Positions 27,100-41,068 of a stretch of 64,000 nt of DNA are shown piece after piece (position 1 is the first letter of the stretch; every line of letters starts with the position of its first letter). Source of the DNA: Octopus bimaculoides. Lineage: Eukaryota. The stretch covers positions 22,655,604 through 22,719,603 of the forward strand of contig NC_068993.1 of assembly GCF_001194135.2 (NCBI RefSeq). The letters run 5' to 3'. Below the pieces are notes generated by a model that was given only the letters and a program-made list of their open reading frames with translations, was not told the DNA's origin and did not search any database. Made by a program: the position numbers and the translations under genes.

Positions 27100-27335
27100 G
27101 AATGCCAGGCAAATGCTCAGCGGTACTTCGTTAGTCCTTACGTTCTGATTTCTAATTCCGCCAAGGTCGACTTTCCTTTCATCCTGTCGGTGTCGATAAG
27201 ACAAGTACCATTTGAATACTATGGTCGATGTAATCGACTTACCAACTGCATCAAAATTGCTGGCCTTGCGCCAAATACTGGATGCAATATTTCACCTTGT
27301 TAAGGCAGCGATCTGGCAGAATCGTTAGCGAGCTA
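27100..27335 (+). mobile_element. SINE family C, degraded copy plus a second head fragment
   Basis: gtcgactttcctttcatcctgtcggtgtcgataagacaagtacca body; head taaggcagcgatctggcagaatcgttagc at 27301. Confidence 0.65.
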
Positions 27336-27534
27336 CTCATGTATCATACTTCATATAAATACATCGTTGAAAGGCTATTTACTGCGGCATTTCTTCAGAG
27401 GTTGCATCTCTTATCGACGATCCGTGTTTGAACCAATCTGACATGTAAAAGTGTAGCTCTCATGGCAAACTATATTAACAAAGCGATTTGACCGCTATGC
27501 ATCTCACCGCCACTTCCTGTTATCAGCTTCGCAT

Positions 27535-27576
<42 letters not shown>

Positions 27577-27608
27577 GGGCACACACATACGCACACACAC
27601 GCGCGCGC

Positions 27609-27639
<31 letters not shown>

Positions 27640-27804
27640 TACACACACACACACACACACACGTACACATACTTGTATGTACGCTTGCATGTGTGTATGC
27701 AAATATGTATGCGTGTGTATGTATATCTGCATATGTATGTATGCATGTGTGTAGAAAACTATAGATGAATGTTAACAAATATTTGTCCGCTATATTTCTG
27801 TTCT

Positions 27805-28020
27805 CAAGGCGGTGAGCTGGCAGAAACGTTAGCAGGCCGGGGGAATGCTTAGCGGTATTTCGTTTGTGTTTACGTTCTGAGTTCAAATACCGCCGAGGTT
27901 GACTTTGCCTTTCATCCTTTCAAGTTCGATAAATTAAGTACCAGTTGTGTACTGGGGTGGATATAATCGACTGGCGCCATCCCCTAAAATGTCGGGCTTT
28001 GTGCTTAGAGTAGAAAAGAA
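27805..28020 (+). mobile_element. SINE family C, full-length copy with 12-bp target-site duplication
   Basis: TSD tatttctgttct at 27793-27804 and 28021-28032. tRNA-like head (gagctggcaga; gagttcaaatacc). Further partial copies near 33505-33610(-), 44520-44695(-), 52811-52885(+) and 55213-55352(+). Confidence 0.85.
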
Positions 28021-28876
28021 TATTTCTGTTCTTACACACGCATGCACCCACACTCACTCAAACATACATATATGTATGTAAGTTTGTACACACACACACA
28101 CACATACACACACACACACACACACATATATAATTGAAGAAAATTATATTGTACGCGGCATATGCATTGCTTGCGCCTAAGTATTTCTAATTTACCTTTA
28201 ATACATATTTGGGAGACTTACTGACTTAAATCTAAATGCAGATCTCGCAACTGAAGATTCTCGATTCCAGTGTAAGTCAGGTCTCATCAGTCAATAATAG
28301 AATTTCGCAGTTTATCTTAGTCAAATTCTTCCTATACTTCTTAACGTTCAGAATAAATACTCCGTAGATGTAGCTTTGGCAATTAGCGGATGTGGAAAAT
28401 TATATATTCGATATTTTAAGCACCAGTCGTGATAGAAGAGAGAATGAGACCCACTGACTTTTGTCATAAATTGCTACTTTCAATGTCTGAGGTTACTTAA
28501 AATCTAAAATTTTAGCATTTAATTCATGAATAATTATATTCTACGGCATAAAGATGATTTGACTGATTAAGAGTAGTTTAATCTGCTGAAAACCAGCTGT
28601 CTCCACCATCCGGTTGTCAGAGACGAAATTCACTCTAGAACTTGTCTCACCAAATTTATTTCTGTGGCAGAATTAATCACATCATAAGCATATCTACATT
28701 GAAGGATACTAAAAATTAAACTTCGCATCTCTCAGTCGGAATACGATTCTTGGGTTTATCACATACCTACATTTGCTTACATGTGCACTCTTAGAATAGT
28801 TTATACATATTCGTACGCGAACATGTTATATTTCAATTAATGTACCCATGTATATCAACACACACGCCTACACGCG

Positions 28877-28922
<46 letters not shown>

Positions 28923-28997
28923 AACACACACACACAAACACACACACACAGAGCTTGTTTGATGTAAACATTGTATTTAGCTACTTCTCTCCTCCAA

Positions 28998-29036
<39 letters not shown>

Positions 29037-29055
29037 CTGTCAATCTATCTATCTA

Positions 29056-30271
29056 AGGACGGCTGGACATGCCGTGGTTGATGATACGCAGACATGCGCT
29101 GAGACAGTGACATTTCCGGCGCTTCAGAGACGACGGTNNNNNNNNNNNNNNNNNNNNNNNNNNNNNNNNNNNNNNNNNNNNNNNNNNNNNNNNNNNNNNN
29201 NNNNNNNNNNNNNNNNNNNNNNNNNNNNNNNNNNNNNNNNNNNNNNNNNNNNNNNNNNNNNNNNNNNNNNNNNNNNNNNNNNNNNNNNNNNNNNNNNNNN
29301 NNNNNNNNNNNNNNNNNNNNNNNNNNNNNNNNNNNNNNNNNNNNNNNNNNNNNNNNNNNNNNNNNNNNNNNNNNNNNNNNNNNNNNNNNNNNNNNNNNNN
29401 NNNNNNNNNNNNNNNNNNNNNNNNNNNNNNNNNNNNNNNNNNNNNNNNNNNNNNNNNNNNNNNNNNNNNNNNNNNNNNNNNNNNNNNNNNNNNNNNNNNN
29501 NNNNNNNNNNNNNNNNNNNNNNNNNNNNNNNNNNNNNNNNNNNNNNNNNNNNNNNNNNNNNNNNNNNNNNNNNNNNNNNNNNNNNNNNNNNNNNNNNNNN
29601 NNNNNNNNNNNNNNNNNNNNNNNNNNNNNNTATGCTGAACGGCTGCTGTCACGTGGGACGAATTCGGTTGTCGGCTGAGTCTATCGTGAAAATTGCTCCA
29701 CCTCTCCTTAACCGGGAAGGCAAGGCAGTCTTCATCGTACTGGTGGCCATAGTGGAAGAATGTGTGTGGTGGACTCGAGTGAAAGGTTTTGAGACAAACA
29801 CTTTCCTGTCTGGCCAATCGCTCATCAACTTTTTCAAGTACCACTTGAGAAGGAAGGTGAAAATAGAGAGGTAAGTTTTGTGTCGTGAAAGATTCAATGA
29901 AAGATGGGTTAATGTAGCAAAGATGGTACGCGCGAATGACGAAACCACTTTGAGCATGATCCTGTAAATCGAAAAAAGAGAAAGCACTTTGCTCTCATGT
30001 GTTTTTTCACTACCTGCCAGAGGTTACCGTGGTCTTATGCGTAGGCTTTTCTTTCCACGGATAAACCTAATATGCTTTTTACATTTTTCATATTTTCTGT
30101 GATACACGATCCCTTTTGATCGCTTTTTTCTTTTACACGATTTCTTTCTTTTGATCGGAAATTTATTTTCTCCTCCATTTTTATTATTTTCTTCTTTTTC
30201 TTTCGAAATGAAAAGCTCTACATTATATTTTATCCACTCTGTGTTCGGCCCTGTGCGGCTACTAAAGAAAC

Positions 30272-30272
<1 letters not shown>
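29056..30272 (+). mobile_element. Tx1/L1-clade retrotransposon, 5'-truncated (copy B; contains a gap), bounded by (TATC)n on both sides
   Basis: ORF2 C-terminus-like RLSAESIVKIAPP...FIVLVAIVEECVWWTRVKG...LINFFKYHLRRKVKIER..ERFNERWVNVA, then a 3' UTR shared with copy A. TATC arrays at about 29017-29055 and from 30273. Clade assignment is from remembered similarity. Confidence 0.7.
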
Positions 30273-30329
<57 letters not shown>

Positions 30330-30342
30330 GTCTGTCTATCTA

Positions 30343-30377
<35 letters not shown>

Positions 30378-30446
30378 GGCTGGCTGGCTGGCTGTATGTC
30401 TGTCTGTCTGCCTGTCCGATGTCTATATATGTATGTATATATATCG

Positions 30447-30489
<43 letters not shown>

Positions 30490-30909
30490 CATCCCAAGTA
30501 ATCAATCTCTCTCTCTCTGTTTCTATCTATCTTTCTATCTATCAGTACACACTCATACCTCTATACGCGAATGTATATAAAGTATATATTGTTGATGTTA
30601 GATGAAGCTATTCATCGCTAATCAAACTTTATAGTTGGTGCTTCTGTTTACTGTTCCTTCATGTGAAACATTGTTTTATCTCGTAGTGTTTAAGAATGAA
30701 ATGTTCCATGACCAACGGTTGATATATCAGCCACTAAATGTAAACAAGGCTATTATACTCTATTTAGAATTAAGGAAGCAGCTGATTCCTAAAAGATGGC
30801 ACGTTATATAGCTTCCATCTGCTGCATAGAAATTCAAAACGCTTCGCTATTGTTAAATTATAGCAAAGCAAGCGGCTCTGTAATATAAAGGTTGACAATA
30901 CTCTAATCC

Positions 30910-30947
<38 letters not shown>

Positions 30948-31146
30948 ATCTCTCTCTATTTCTCTCTCTCTCTCCTCATAGACACAACTATGTATATACA
31001 TATTTATATACATGCATAATATACATACAAACATACATATTTATAAACGTCTGTGTACGCATTGTTATCCGTCTTTAACTTTTTATTTCACTCCTCCCCC
31101 TCTCTCTGTATATGTGTGCGTGTATGTGTGTGCGTTTGATTGTGTG

Positions 31147-31194
<48 letters not shown>

Positions 31195-31329
31195 ATATAT
31201 ATACAAACACACACACACACATATATTAAGTAATATGTATCGTTCTGTGAAATCCAGGTAATTAACTCACGAGCACTCTGGCGTGTATTACATACATACA
31301 TTCTTATATACATACATACATACATACAA

Positions 31330-31411
<82 letters not shown>

Positions 31412-32727
31412 GTGTGTGTATGCGCATGCACAACACAAGTACACGGAGTCTTTGTATGCATAAACCTATTTATGCGATGATATATAAAAGCAATATTTCC
31501 CACGAATATATAACCATACGCTTCCTTATATAAATATATATATGTACACACACATATATACGTATACATGTGCGTGAGTAAGTGTGTGTGTGTGTCTGTG
31601 TAAGAGTGTATGTCAGTATATAGGCAAATATGTATATGTGCATTTCGTTGCCCAATAAATTTTCTTGCTTCATCTATTTTTACACAACTGCTGTGACGTT
31701 TATGTGCAATTATGCTTTTACTGCTCATTTCATAACGTAGCATGAAATATTGTAGAAATTCAAATAGAAATATATAGATTGAACGATCACCAAAGCGGAA
31801 TGAGAATATATGCAATCCGTCTGCAGAAAAATAAACAACAAAGTAATCATCGATAATATAATAGATTGTCGATGTATTAATGACGGTTACTCAAAACTGG
31901 AACATACGATCTGCTCTTCCAGTAAATGAAATCTTAGATCATTTTGAAAAAAGGAAAAACTATGTAAATATTCATTTTGTCAACAATGTCAACGTTTTTT
32001 CAGGAAAGAAGTGATACAAGTAGCTGCTGGAATCTTTTCATCTCGATAAATAACTTATATCATCAACAGGATGAGATGGAAGTCATAGTTATTCTGTAAA
32101 AAAATGTAACCAAAGAAAGCAAGTTTGGATCCAGATGTAGAAAATGCACTCCCAACACACTGCTACACTGTAACCCTTCCACAAAAATATAAAATCCACA
32201 AAAGAAGAAAACAATAAGAATGAAAACGAGGAAAATCATCCATCAATTTCCATGTCATGTTACAGAAAGATTTCGCAAAATTGTGAAACACATTAACCCC
32301 CAACACGTTAAAATTGTGAGAGAAAGGAAAGTGCAAAAATGAGTATTCTTTCCTTTATGAGTTCCAACCTGAAGGCTGTGGCCATGTTGGTACACCGCCG
32401 TTTAACATTACATATACAACTTAAATCTTTAAATGAATAACACCAATACCTACTAGTAAAACATATTTTGTAATTACTTGTCATCAATTTGGAACTAAAA
32501 TAAATACATATTGTTGCTTAAGTAGATAATAAGCTATTATAATTTATAACTGAGTTCCCCCTTAATTTCCTTAATCAATCAAACCTTACCCGGATTTAAT
32601 AAGTTTTAGTTATAAGTATTTCATAATAGAACATAAAATGCTATAAGACCATTAATAGCAATATCGAGTAACCTTTGTATACAACAGTGAAAACAAAAGT
32701 CCTACATCATCTTTACAGAAAATTCGC

Positions 32728-32807
<80 letters not shown>

Positions 32808-33761
32808 TGTATATATTCCAAAGCACAGACAGTCACCCGACCATTTTGTTCTCCAGAATATCTGAGGGTTAACCTACAATATTACTAATTATATTATCGA
32901 TTACTTCTTTAGAGAACATACGTTTCTCACTAAATATTTTATTTATGTATTTTTTCTAGATGTTGTGATTTAGAATATTTTATTATAGTCATTTGCAATT
33001 TTGCGTAAATGATCGGCCATATTTGTTGAGGAATTTCTAAGTACCAACTTGGCTGAACATAGTTTATTTTCCAGACAATGGATTTGTCATACACTGAAAA
33101 ATGGACACAAAATATTCATTTATAAAAATGCTTCACTAAAAATAGCCACTGTTCTTGCTTGCGCATTGTTTATATTTATCATATTAAAGAAATGAAAATA
33201 TCACCATGTTTTGCGCAGGAGTGAATGAATATATCTTATGTTTTTCACTTAGAAATAAAATCCATAATTGTAAGGCACATTTTCTAACGGTTTATTGGGC
33301 AACAATTTCTATCTCCTTCGCTAATCATGTGCTTGCAAATATGTTTACTTAGGCATAATCACTCTAGTTTTTTTTTTTTTTTCAGACGATTGAATAAACG
33401 ACAACTCAAACTTACAATACAACAATTGCAAATTTAAAACAATTTCTAAGTCAAGCAAAATGACGGAAAAAAATATCAGTCGATAGGAGCTTTGTTGATA
33501 TCATCTTCTTCAGTACTGGTTTGTTAATTTATTTTATCGATCCCGAAAGCATGTAAAGCAAATTGACCCCGGTAGGAATTGAAATAAGTAAAGTTCCTGA
33601 ATAAATACCACGTAGTATTTTTTCGCTGCTGTTGCTTTTATGATAACTAGCCACGCTATTAATTTCTATTTTAAGTACGTCACTAGCTCTTTGGTGGGAG
33701 GGTTTCAGTGAATTATGCCGAAACTAGGATCGATTGGTATGTTCTTTCCTCGACTTCAATT

Positions 33762-33861
33762 GCCCGTGGCATAGTGGTTAAGAGTGCAGGCTACAAACCC
33801 CAAGATTCCGAGTTCAATTCCAGGCAGTGACCTGAATAATACTAATACTAACAACAACGAC

Positions 33862-33895
<34 letters not shown>

Positions 33896-34065
33896 TCGAA
33901 AAATACCTTAGGAATGAGAACCCAGGTTCGAAATTTCCCCAAGACGCCTGATGAAGGCTGGAGGGTATATCAGCCGAAACGTTGTGTTAATAACAAACAA
34001 GATGAAGACAAATATTCGTCAAATGTAAAAAATGTACATGATTTCTCATCTCTTAAATATAGAAC
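33762..34065 (+). mobile_element. tRNA-headed SINE (family D) with internal (AAT)n and a Penelope-like, hammerhead-bearing tail
   Basis: A-box tggcatagtgg and B-box gagttcaattcc (33762-33832), (AAT)n, then gacgc-CTGATGA-a-GGCTG[gagggtatat]CAGCC-GAAACGTT-gtgtt. Confidence 0.75.
33943..33988 (+). ncRNA. Putative minimal type I hammerhead ribozyme
   Basis: Core CUGAUGA (33948-33954) and GAAA (33976-33979); stem II GGCUG/CAGCC; palindromic ACGU in place of stem III; GUU triplet ending at 33983; stem I GACGC/GUGUU (5 bp, 2 GU). One extra A after A9. Confidence 0.6.
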
Positions 34066-34230
34066 AGTGGCCAAGATGGCCGTAGCAAGTGACTGAAAAC
34101 AATACCAGGAAAGACTATACTCGCTCGCAGACATACAGAGATACAACCCCCCAACATACACATATATATGATCCCGCGCACACACACCAACACTGATACA
34201 TATATAAATATATGTATTCATGTATGTACG

Positions 34231-34278
<48 letters not shown>

Positions 34279-34711
34279 CACATATAAATATGTGTGTGTG
34301 TGCGATTGTATATTTCCCATTTATTTCTGCCTTTCTCTATATAAACATATATGTGTATATGTATATATGAATGTGTGTGCGTGTGTATGTTTAAAAATTG
34401 TACCAAAGTGGAAAAAAAAAACGAAGGAAAAGACAGTGACAAGTGAGGAAACAATAATCAAGGTGTATTAGCTTGACACTCAGGAAAAATGGAGGAGTGT
34501 TTAACATTTCGAGACTACGCCCTTACTCAGAAAACCTATATAGAGAAAACAGAGGGAGAGAGGAAAGAATCAGACACACACACACACGCACACACACACA
34601 CACACACACACGCACTCACACACACACACACACACACACACAACCACACACACACACATAGTATATTTNNNNNNNNNNNNNNNNNNNNNNNNNNNNNNNN
34701 NNNNNNNNNNN

Positions 34712-34745
<34 letters not shown>

Positions 34746-36125
34746 CCACACACACACACATAGTATATTTGTACTATCGCTTGTTTGATCAGACGTATGA
34801 TTAGGTCTATATCGATACTGTCTAATCGATCATATTTATATGACAGAATTATCTTGTTGCCGCTCATTTTGACATTTTGGTATGGCAGAAGAAGACAGTC
34901 GTTGCGGATGCTGTTAATTTTTTTTGAATCCGTTTCACCATACGTAAATGTTAGGTTATTTTTAACTGTTCGATCAGACACAGACTACAGAAAAGAATCT
35001 GATTTTGTTAACCTTGCTTTGTCTTCTTGTTCAGACTTTTGGCTTTCTAATATTTATTTTAATTATTATCTTTGTCCGTTTCGTCAGACTCTATGTTACG
35101 TTTTAGGAGCAACCTACAAAACGTCCTGAGTACAGAAATAAACATTACGTACAATGTATTTTCAGCTGGTCTTGAGGAACAGATGAATGTTGCATTCGTT
35201 GTGTGAATGCATTATGGAGCTTGTGTTGAGATGCAAAATTTATGTGAATTGGTAAGAAATAAGGGCATTTAATGATGTTGGTCTTTGTTCTTATCTTTAA
35301 ATCACTTCTTGTTTAGCGTACCTTTGATCAGAATCATTACACTCCTGGTACTCTGTATTTCAAAATGTTCTATGACTAACATAGCAAGGTGATTTAGGTT
35401 CTATTTCTTGTGAGCTGGTCAACCATGATAAGGCTCATTCATGACTCGAGCGTTACTATTGTTCATATCCCTTTGGCATCCTATATTGGGCTCAAAACAT
35501 CTATACAAACGCACACCTGATCGCTTTCCAGTTTACGTATGATCTAATGATTACATAAAAACTCACCAGGCAGAGAAGAAGAGCATAATGTTGGACAATT
35601 TTATAATCGACTTAAATGGATTTGTCACAAAAGGAAATTCATAGTGCAATAAAATATCCTTTAGATTACGTTGTTCATTTTTGAGTTTAGATAATTATTT
35701 ATACGATCAAATATAATCACGATTGAGACGACCCGATTATATTCCCGCATCCAATTCAATATCAATGTCAGAATTTAATATCAATTCCTAGCAGAATTTT
35801 GACACTGAATTTTATGTCTAGAAAATGAACATTGAAATTGTTTACTCTTCAGCTATATTTCTCACGCAACCAAATAGCTGAGAATTTAACGATTGATTGA
35901 TTAGTTAATGACACAATATAAATTCGGGAAGATAAAACTATGTAACAGTCAATGTCTCTCTTAGATGCATGCCGCTCATGGTTTTCAAAGGTAAACAAAA
36001 CTGCGATGCTTTGATATTTCCCATATAAAGGCATAAAAAATCTTTACTTTATAACTATTTTGTAACACACAAAATAACACATAAATACATATACATACTC
36101 ACACACACACGCACACACACACACA

Positions 36126-36178
<53 letters not shown>

Positions 36179-36188
36179 NNNNNNNNNN

Positions 36189-36245
<57 letters not shown>

Positions 36246-38128
36246 ACACACTCACACGCACACATAAATCCATATATCAGTACATATCTTTTGATATATA
36301 GACGCGACTTGACTAAATGCTACAGAAATGCTGCCCAAGTTTAAATTCATAAGTGATTTGAATTTATGTCTTCACATAATCTACTGAAACTTTTCTGTAT
36401 TTCTAGATAGATATACTATGCTAGATAGATGTCAGGGTTGGCAACGAAATGAATATGATTGCGTTACACACATATTCTGCCTTTGTATTTACTTTGCCGC
36501 TGGATCCTGATTTTATTTTTGATTATAGCTCTATACTTTCGTGCCATGAGACCGATTCCAGTAATTACAGATTAAAACAATCAAGTGAAGATATTCTCTT
36601 TTAAATTGACGTTTTCTTGGCCTCAAACTCAACGCATACTTCTATATTTAGAACTTCATTCTGCAGCCTGATATGAATCAATGACTAAATCAGTTTGCGA
36701 TCGTATCAAAAAACTAAAAAAAACTGAAGATGGATTTCAAATTTGGGAAAGGAAAATGTTAACAAATAATTAAAATAAATCAAAAGCTAAAGCTATTCTT
36801 AGGAAACAACTCCGGGGAATATCGTGATAGACTGACGCTGGTCGTGTTTGCAATATTCTAGCTTGTTTGTCCATGAACTTGGGTCTTTGTCTTCGCAATG
36901 GTGCTTTTAAACACCCCCAGAAAATTTATGTAAACCTCTCTCCAGTGAAAGAGAGAGACTGAGAAGGGGAAAATACGGCGATGAACCTGGCCTTCAGATT
37001 TCAATTGCCCTCGTGATCACAGTAACGATTTCCTTTCTCTCCTTTGCTACGGATACCATTTTGTTTCAATGATACATCCGTACAAAAATGTTACCTTACT
37101 TAATTGACTGTTACTCGATTCACATTTATTCATCTGCCAGGAATCACAACACAAATATTGCGTCATGTCGATCATCCAATTTTGAATATGATTACATATG
37201 AAACGAACGTTTACAGATGCTTGCTTCTCCGGAAACTTCACAATGAGTCAGGCGTAAATTTTCGAGGACAACACTACGTATTATAAAATGATCTTCGTCC
37301 ACTCACATGGGACAATCATCCAAAGATGGGCTCGGGGATGTTCTCATCTATTTGCAACATTGATATTTTTCGTAATTATTCTCAATAGCCTGTTTTAACG
37401 TGAGAAAATTCTCCTTTACTGTTTTTCCCAATTTGGAAGCGAATTTCTCATAAATGGTTGGTGTGCCAAGTACTTCATTGTTTAACATACGCTAGACTAT
37501 ACCTCTTTTAAACCGATGGCTAAGTAGCAGAGAGTGATACGTATATCATTATAGTGAAATACTACGCCACCCACGCAAAGCACTGCTGTAGGGAGCACGC
37601 TACACTCGTTGGTTGATACGTTGATTTCGAACTTCAATTTACTTTTCGACAAATCTCACATTCATATGTGTGTGTATGTGTGTCTTTGTATGTGTATGCT
37701 CCTGGGTGTCTGTATGTGAACATATATATAAACAAACAGATCAACAGCTGTGTTGATGTACAAAGCAAGTACATCATAATTTAACAAAACTGAGACTGTA
37801 GGAGAAAATCAATTGCATAGCATCTGTCAGTAAGCAACATATTTAGCATCTTTAACACCATAGTAACGGACTCTCAAGCTTGATGACATTGCAAGTTTCA
37901 TTGTATGAACAAACAATCCAGCTGACAAGACTGTAGGGAATCTGTTGATATTTCAAGTAGGTATGTACATAGAGTAATATCTACGTAGGTGTGAATAGAT
38001 ATATCTATGACAGTACAGCTATTGTGAATCTATCCGGGTGAATGCAAGCATTTAGTTGTTTCTATGTCTGTCTGAGCATACATTCATGTATTTATATATA
38101 TATACATTACATATATATATATACATGC

Positions 38129-38163
<35 letters not shown>

Positions 38164-38868
38164 NNNNNNNNNNNNNNNNNNNNNNNNNNNNNNNNNNNNN
38201 NNNNNNNNNNNNNNNNNNNNNNNNNNNNNNNNNNNNNNNNNNNNNNNNNNNNNNNNNNNNNNNNNNNNNNNNNNNNNNNNNNNNNNNNNNNNNNNNNNNN
38301 NNNNNNNNNNNNNNNNNNNNNNNNNNNNNNNNNNNNNNNNNNNNNNNNNNNNNNNNNNNNNNNNNNNNNNNNNNNNNNNNNNNNNNNNNNNNNNNNNNNN
38401 NNNNNNNNNNNNNNNNNNNNNNNNNNNNNNNNNNNNNNNNNNNNNNNNNNNNNNNNNNNNNNNNNNNNNNNNNNNNNNNNNNNNNNNNNNNNNNNNNNNN
38501 NNNNNNNNNNNNNNNNNNNNNNNNNNNNNNNNNNNNNNNNNNNNNNNNNNNNNNNNNNNNNNNNNNNNNNNNNNNNNNNNNNNNNNNNNNNNNNNNNNNN
38601 NNNNNNNNNNNNNNNNNNNNNNNNNNNNNNNNNNNNNNNNNNNNNNNNNNNNNNNNNNNNNNNNNNNNNNNNNNNNNNNNNNNNNNNNNNNNNNNNNNNN
38701 NNNNNNNNNNNNNNNNNNNNNNNNNNNNNNNNNNNNNNNNNNNNNNNNNNNNNNNNNNNNNNNNNNNNNNNNNNNNNNNNNNNNNNNNNNNNNNNNNNNN
38801 NNNNNNNNNNNNNNNNNNNNNNNNNNNNNNNNNNNNNNNNNNNNNNNNNNNNNNNNNNTATATATACA

Positions 38869-38902
<34 letters not shown>

Positions 38903-39810
38903 CATACATACATACAACATATGTACATCCATACATATGCAGATACATACATGCATATATATTTGCAATCTTGTGACAAATTTATATTTTGGGCTGCATC
39001 TACCTGTTTAGTATACACGGACGCACACATATATATATATGCACGCACTCATACATACTTATAATAAATGTTGAAGTGGCTATTTTAAATTCGTGCCTGT
39101 TTTCACCTAGGTCATGAATGTTGGTTAATGACCAAAAGAATATGATAACGAATACAAACGGCCAAAATAGAGTTTCTCCGAAGTATCTCTGACGTACCGT
39201 TACACAGCAGGCTGTGTTGCACAGAAACCACGGAATCCTTCCAAGCCGAGCCGCTACTTTCCCTCATTGAAGGATCACATTTCCGCAAGTCGGATACGTC
39301 AAGCCGATCCAGCCGGTATGAGACATCGGAGTTGATGCAATATGAGATGATTGGATAATACCCATAGTTGCAGTCCTCTTCTTTTGGGAATCCAGCTGGA
39401 ACGTCTAAGGACGGTTGTTTTTCTGAACGAACTCAATGGATGAAGGGCATGAGGACTCTACCCCAACGACCCTCCAGGCACCATTAAACTTTTAATGATG
39501 ACCACCTAATTATTGTAACCCTTAAATATTCATTTTAAGACAGTGGAATAAGCGGGGATGATTGAGATACAAGAAAGGGAAATAGCATATATTATTTATC
39601 AAGCGGATAACGACTGACCACGGTCGGTGGTCAGCAATTAAGATGGTGAATTCAGAGGTTGTACAGTACTTAGGACGCTAGAAATTAGGTTATACAAACG
39701 TGTGTATGTGTGTGTGTGTGTATATATATAGTAAAGGCTGCTTATTCGGAATTTAGAACCGAAAGGTAGAAAATAGATGTCACTAAAGTGACTAAGTTTA
39801 TTAATCAGCA

Positions 39811-39854
<44 letters not shown>

Positions 39855-40546
39855 NNNNNNNNNNNNNNNNNNNNNNNNNNNNNNNNNNNNNNNNNNNNNN
39901 NNNNNNNNNNNNNNNNNNNNNNNNNNNNNNNNNNNNNNNNNNNNNNNNNNNNNNNNNNNNNNNNNNNNNNNNNNNNNNNNNNNNNNNNNNNNNNNNNNNN
40001 NNNNNNNNNNNNNNNNNNNNNNNNNNTATATATATGTCTAAATGTCTAAATATGTATGCATGCAGACACCTATGTGTATATGAGGTTGAAGTTCCGTGCA
40101 CATACACACACACACAAATATATACATATACATGTGTGCGTGAGTATGTGGATATGCGTGTATGTATGAAGACGTACATTACATATATGTTTGTGTGTGA
40201 ATGTGTACGTATGTTGACGTTATGAACTTTGGAGGATTTTATGTCTATGTTTTGTGAGAATATAGTTCAGTGTATTTTTTAATCTTTTATCTTTTATCTT
40301 TTTCTTTTTCTTTTCCTCTACCTATTAGAGTAACATCCCTTTTATTCAACGGCTTTTCATAGCGTCCATTGCCATTAATAATCGACGAGAATGCATCATA
40401 GCTCTTCAGCCGACATACGAAACTCAGAGTACTATAATGACAACTTACTGATTGTCCTCAATTATACATATATAAATAATCTGCTATTTACCTAATATTG
40501 AGGTCTCATTCTTTTGTTGTCTTTGTTTATTATATATACATACATA

Positions 40547-40592
<46 letters not shown>

Positions 40593-40995
40593 NNNNNNNN
40601 NNNNNNNNNNNNNNNNNNNNNNNNNNNNNNNNNNNNNNNNNNNNNNNNNNNNNNNNNNNNNNNNNNNNNNNNNNNNNNNNNNNNNNNNNNNNNNNNNNNN
40701 NNNNNNNNNNNNNNNNNNNNNNNNNNNNNNNNNNNNNNNNNNNNNNNNNNNNNNNNNNNNNNNNNNNNNNNNNNNNNNNNNNNNNNNNNNNNNNNNNNNN
40801 NNNNNNNNNNNNNNNNNNNNNNNNNNNNNNNNNNNNNNNNNNNNNNNNNNNNNNNNNNNNNNNNNNNNNNNNNNNNNNNNNNNNNNNNNNNNNNNNNNNN
40901 NNNNNNNNNNNNNNNNNNNNNNNNNNNNNNNNNNNNNNNNNNNNNNNNNNNNNNNNNNNNNNNNNNNNNNNNNNNNNNNNNNNNNNNNNNNNNNN

Positions 40996-41068
<73 letters not shown>

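Noticed and set aside
32100-32330. Possible Penelope linker remnant (NPPF.KN..., NT.KL)
   Set aside because: Too degraded to support as a feature.
33762-33832. tRNA-like sequences here and at 2110, 18011, 21500 and 43110 as tRNA genes
   Set aside because: They have A/B boxes but no complete cloverleaf or T-run terminator, and each continues into a SINE body.
34779-34986. Minus-strand open frame after a good acceptor (ttcttttctgtAG) with ATD-like wording (INSIRNDCLLLP...ILSYKYDRLDS...KQA)
   Set aside because: No canonical phase-1 donor: the shared AGCGAT with the 6029 exon gives no GT/GC-AG or AT-AC junction. Exon 26334-26459 explains the protein better. RNA-seq could still show a cryptic exon.
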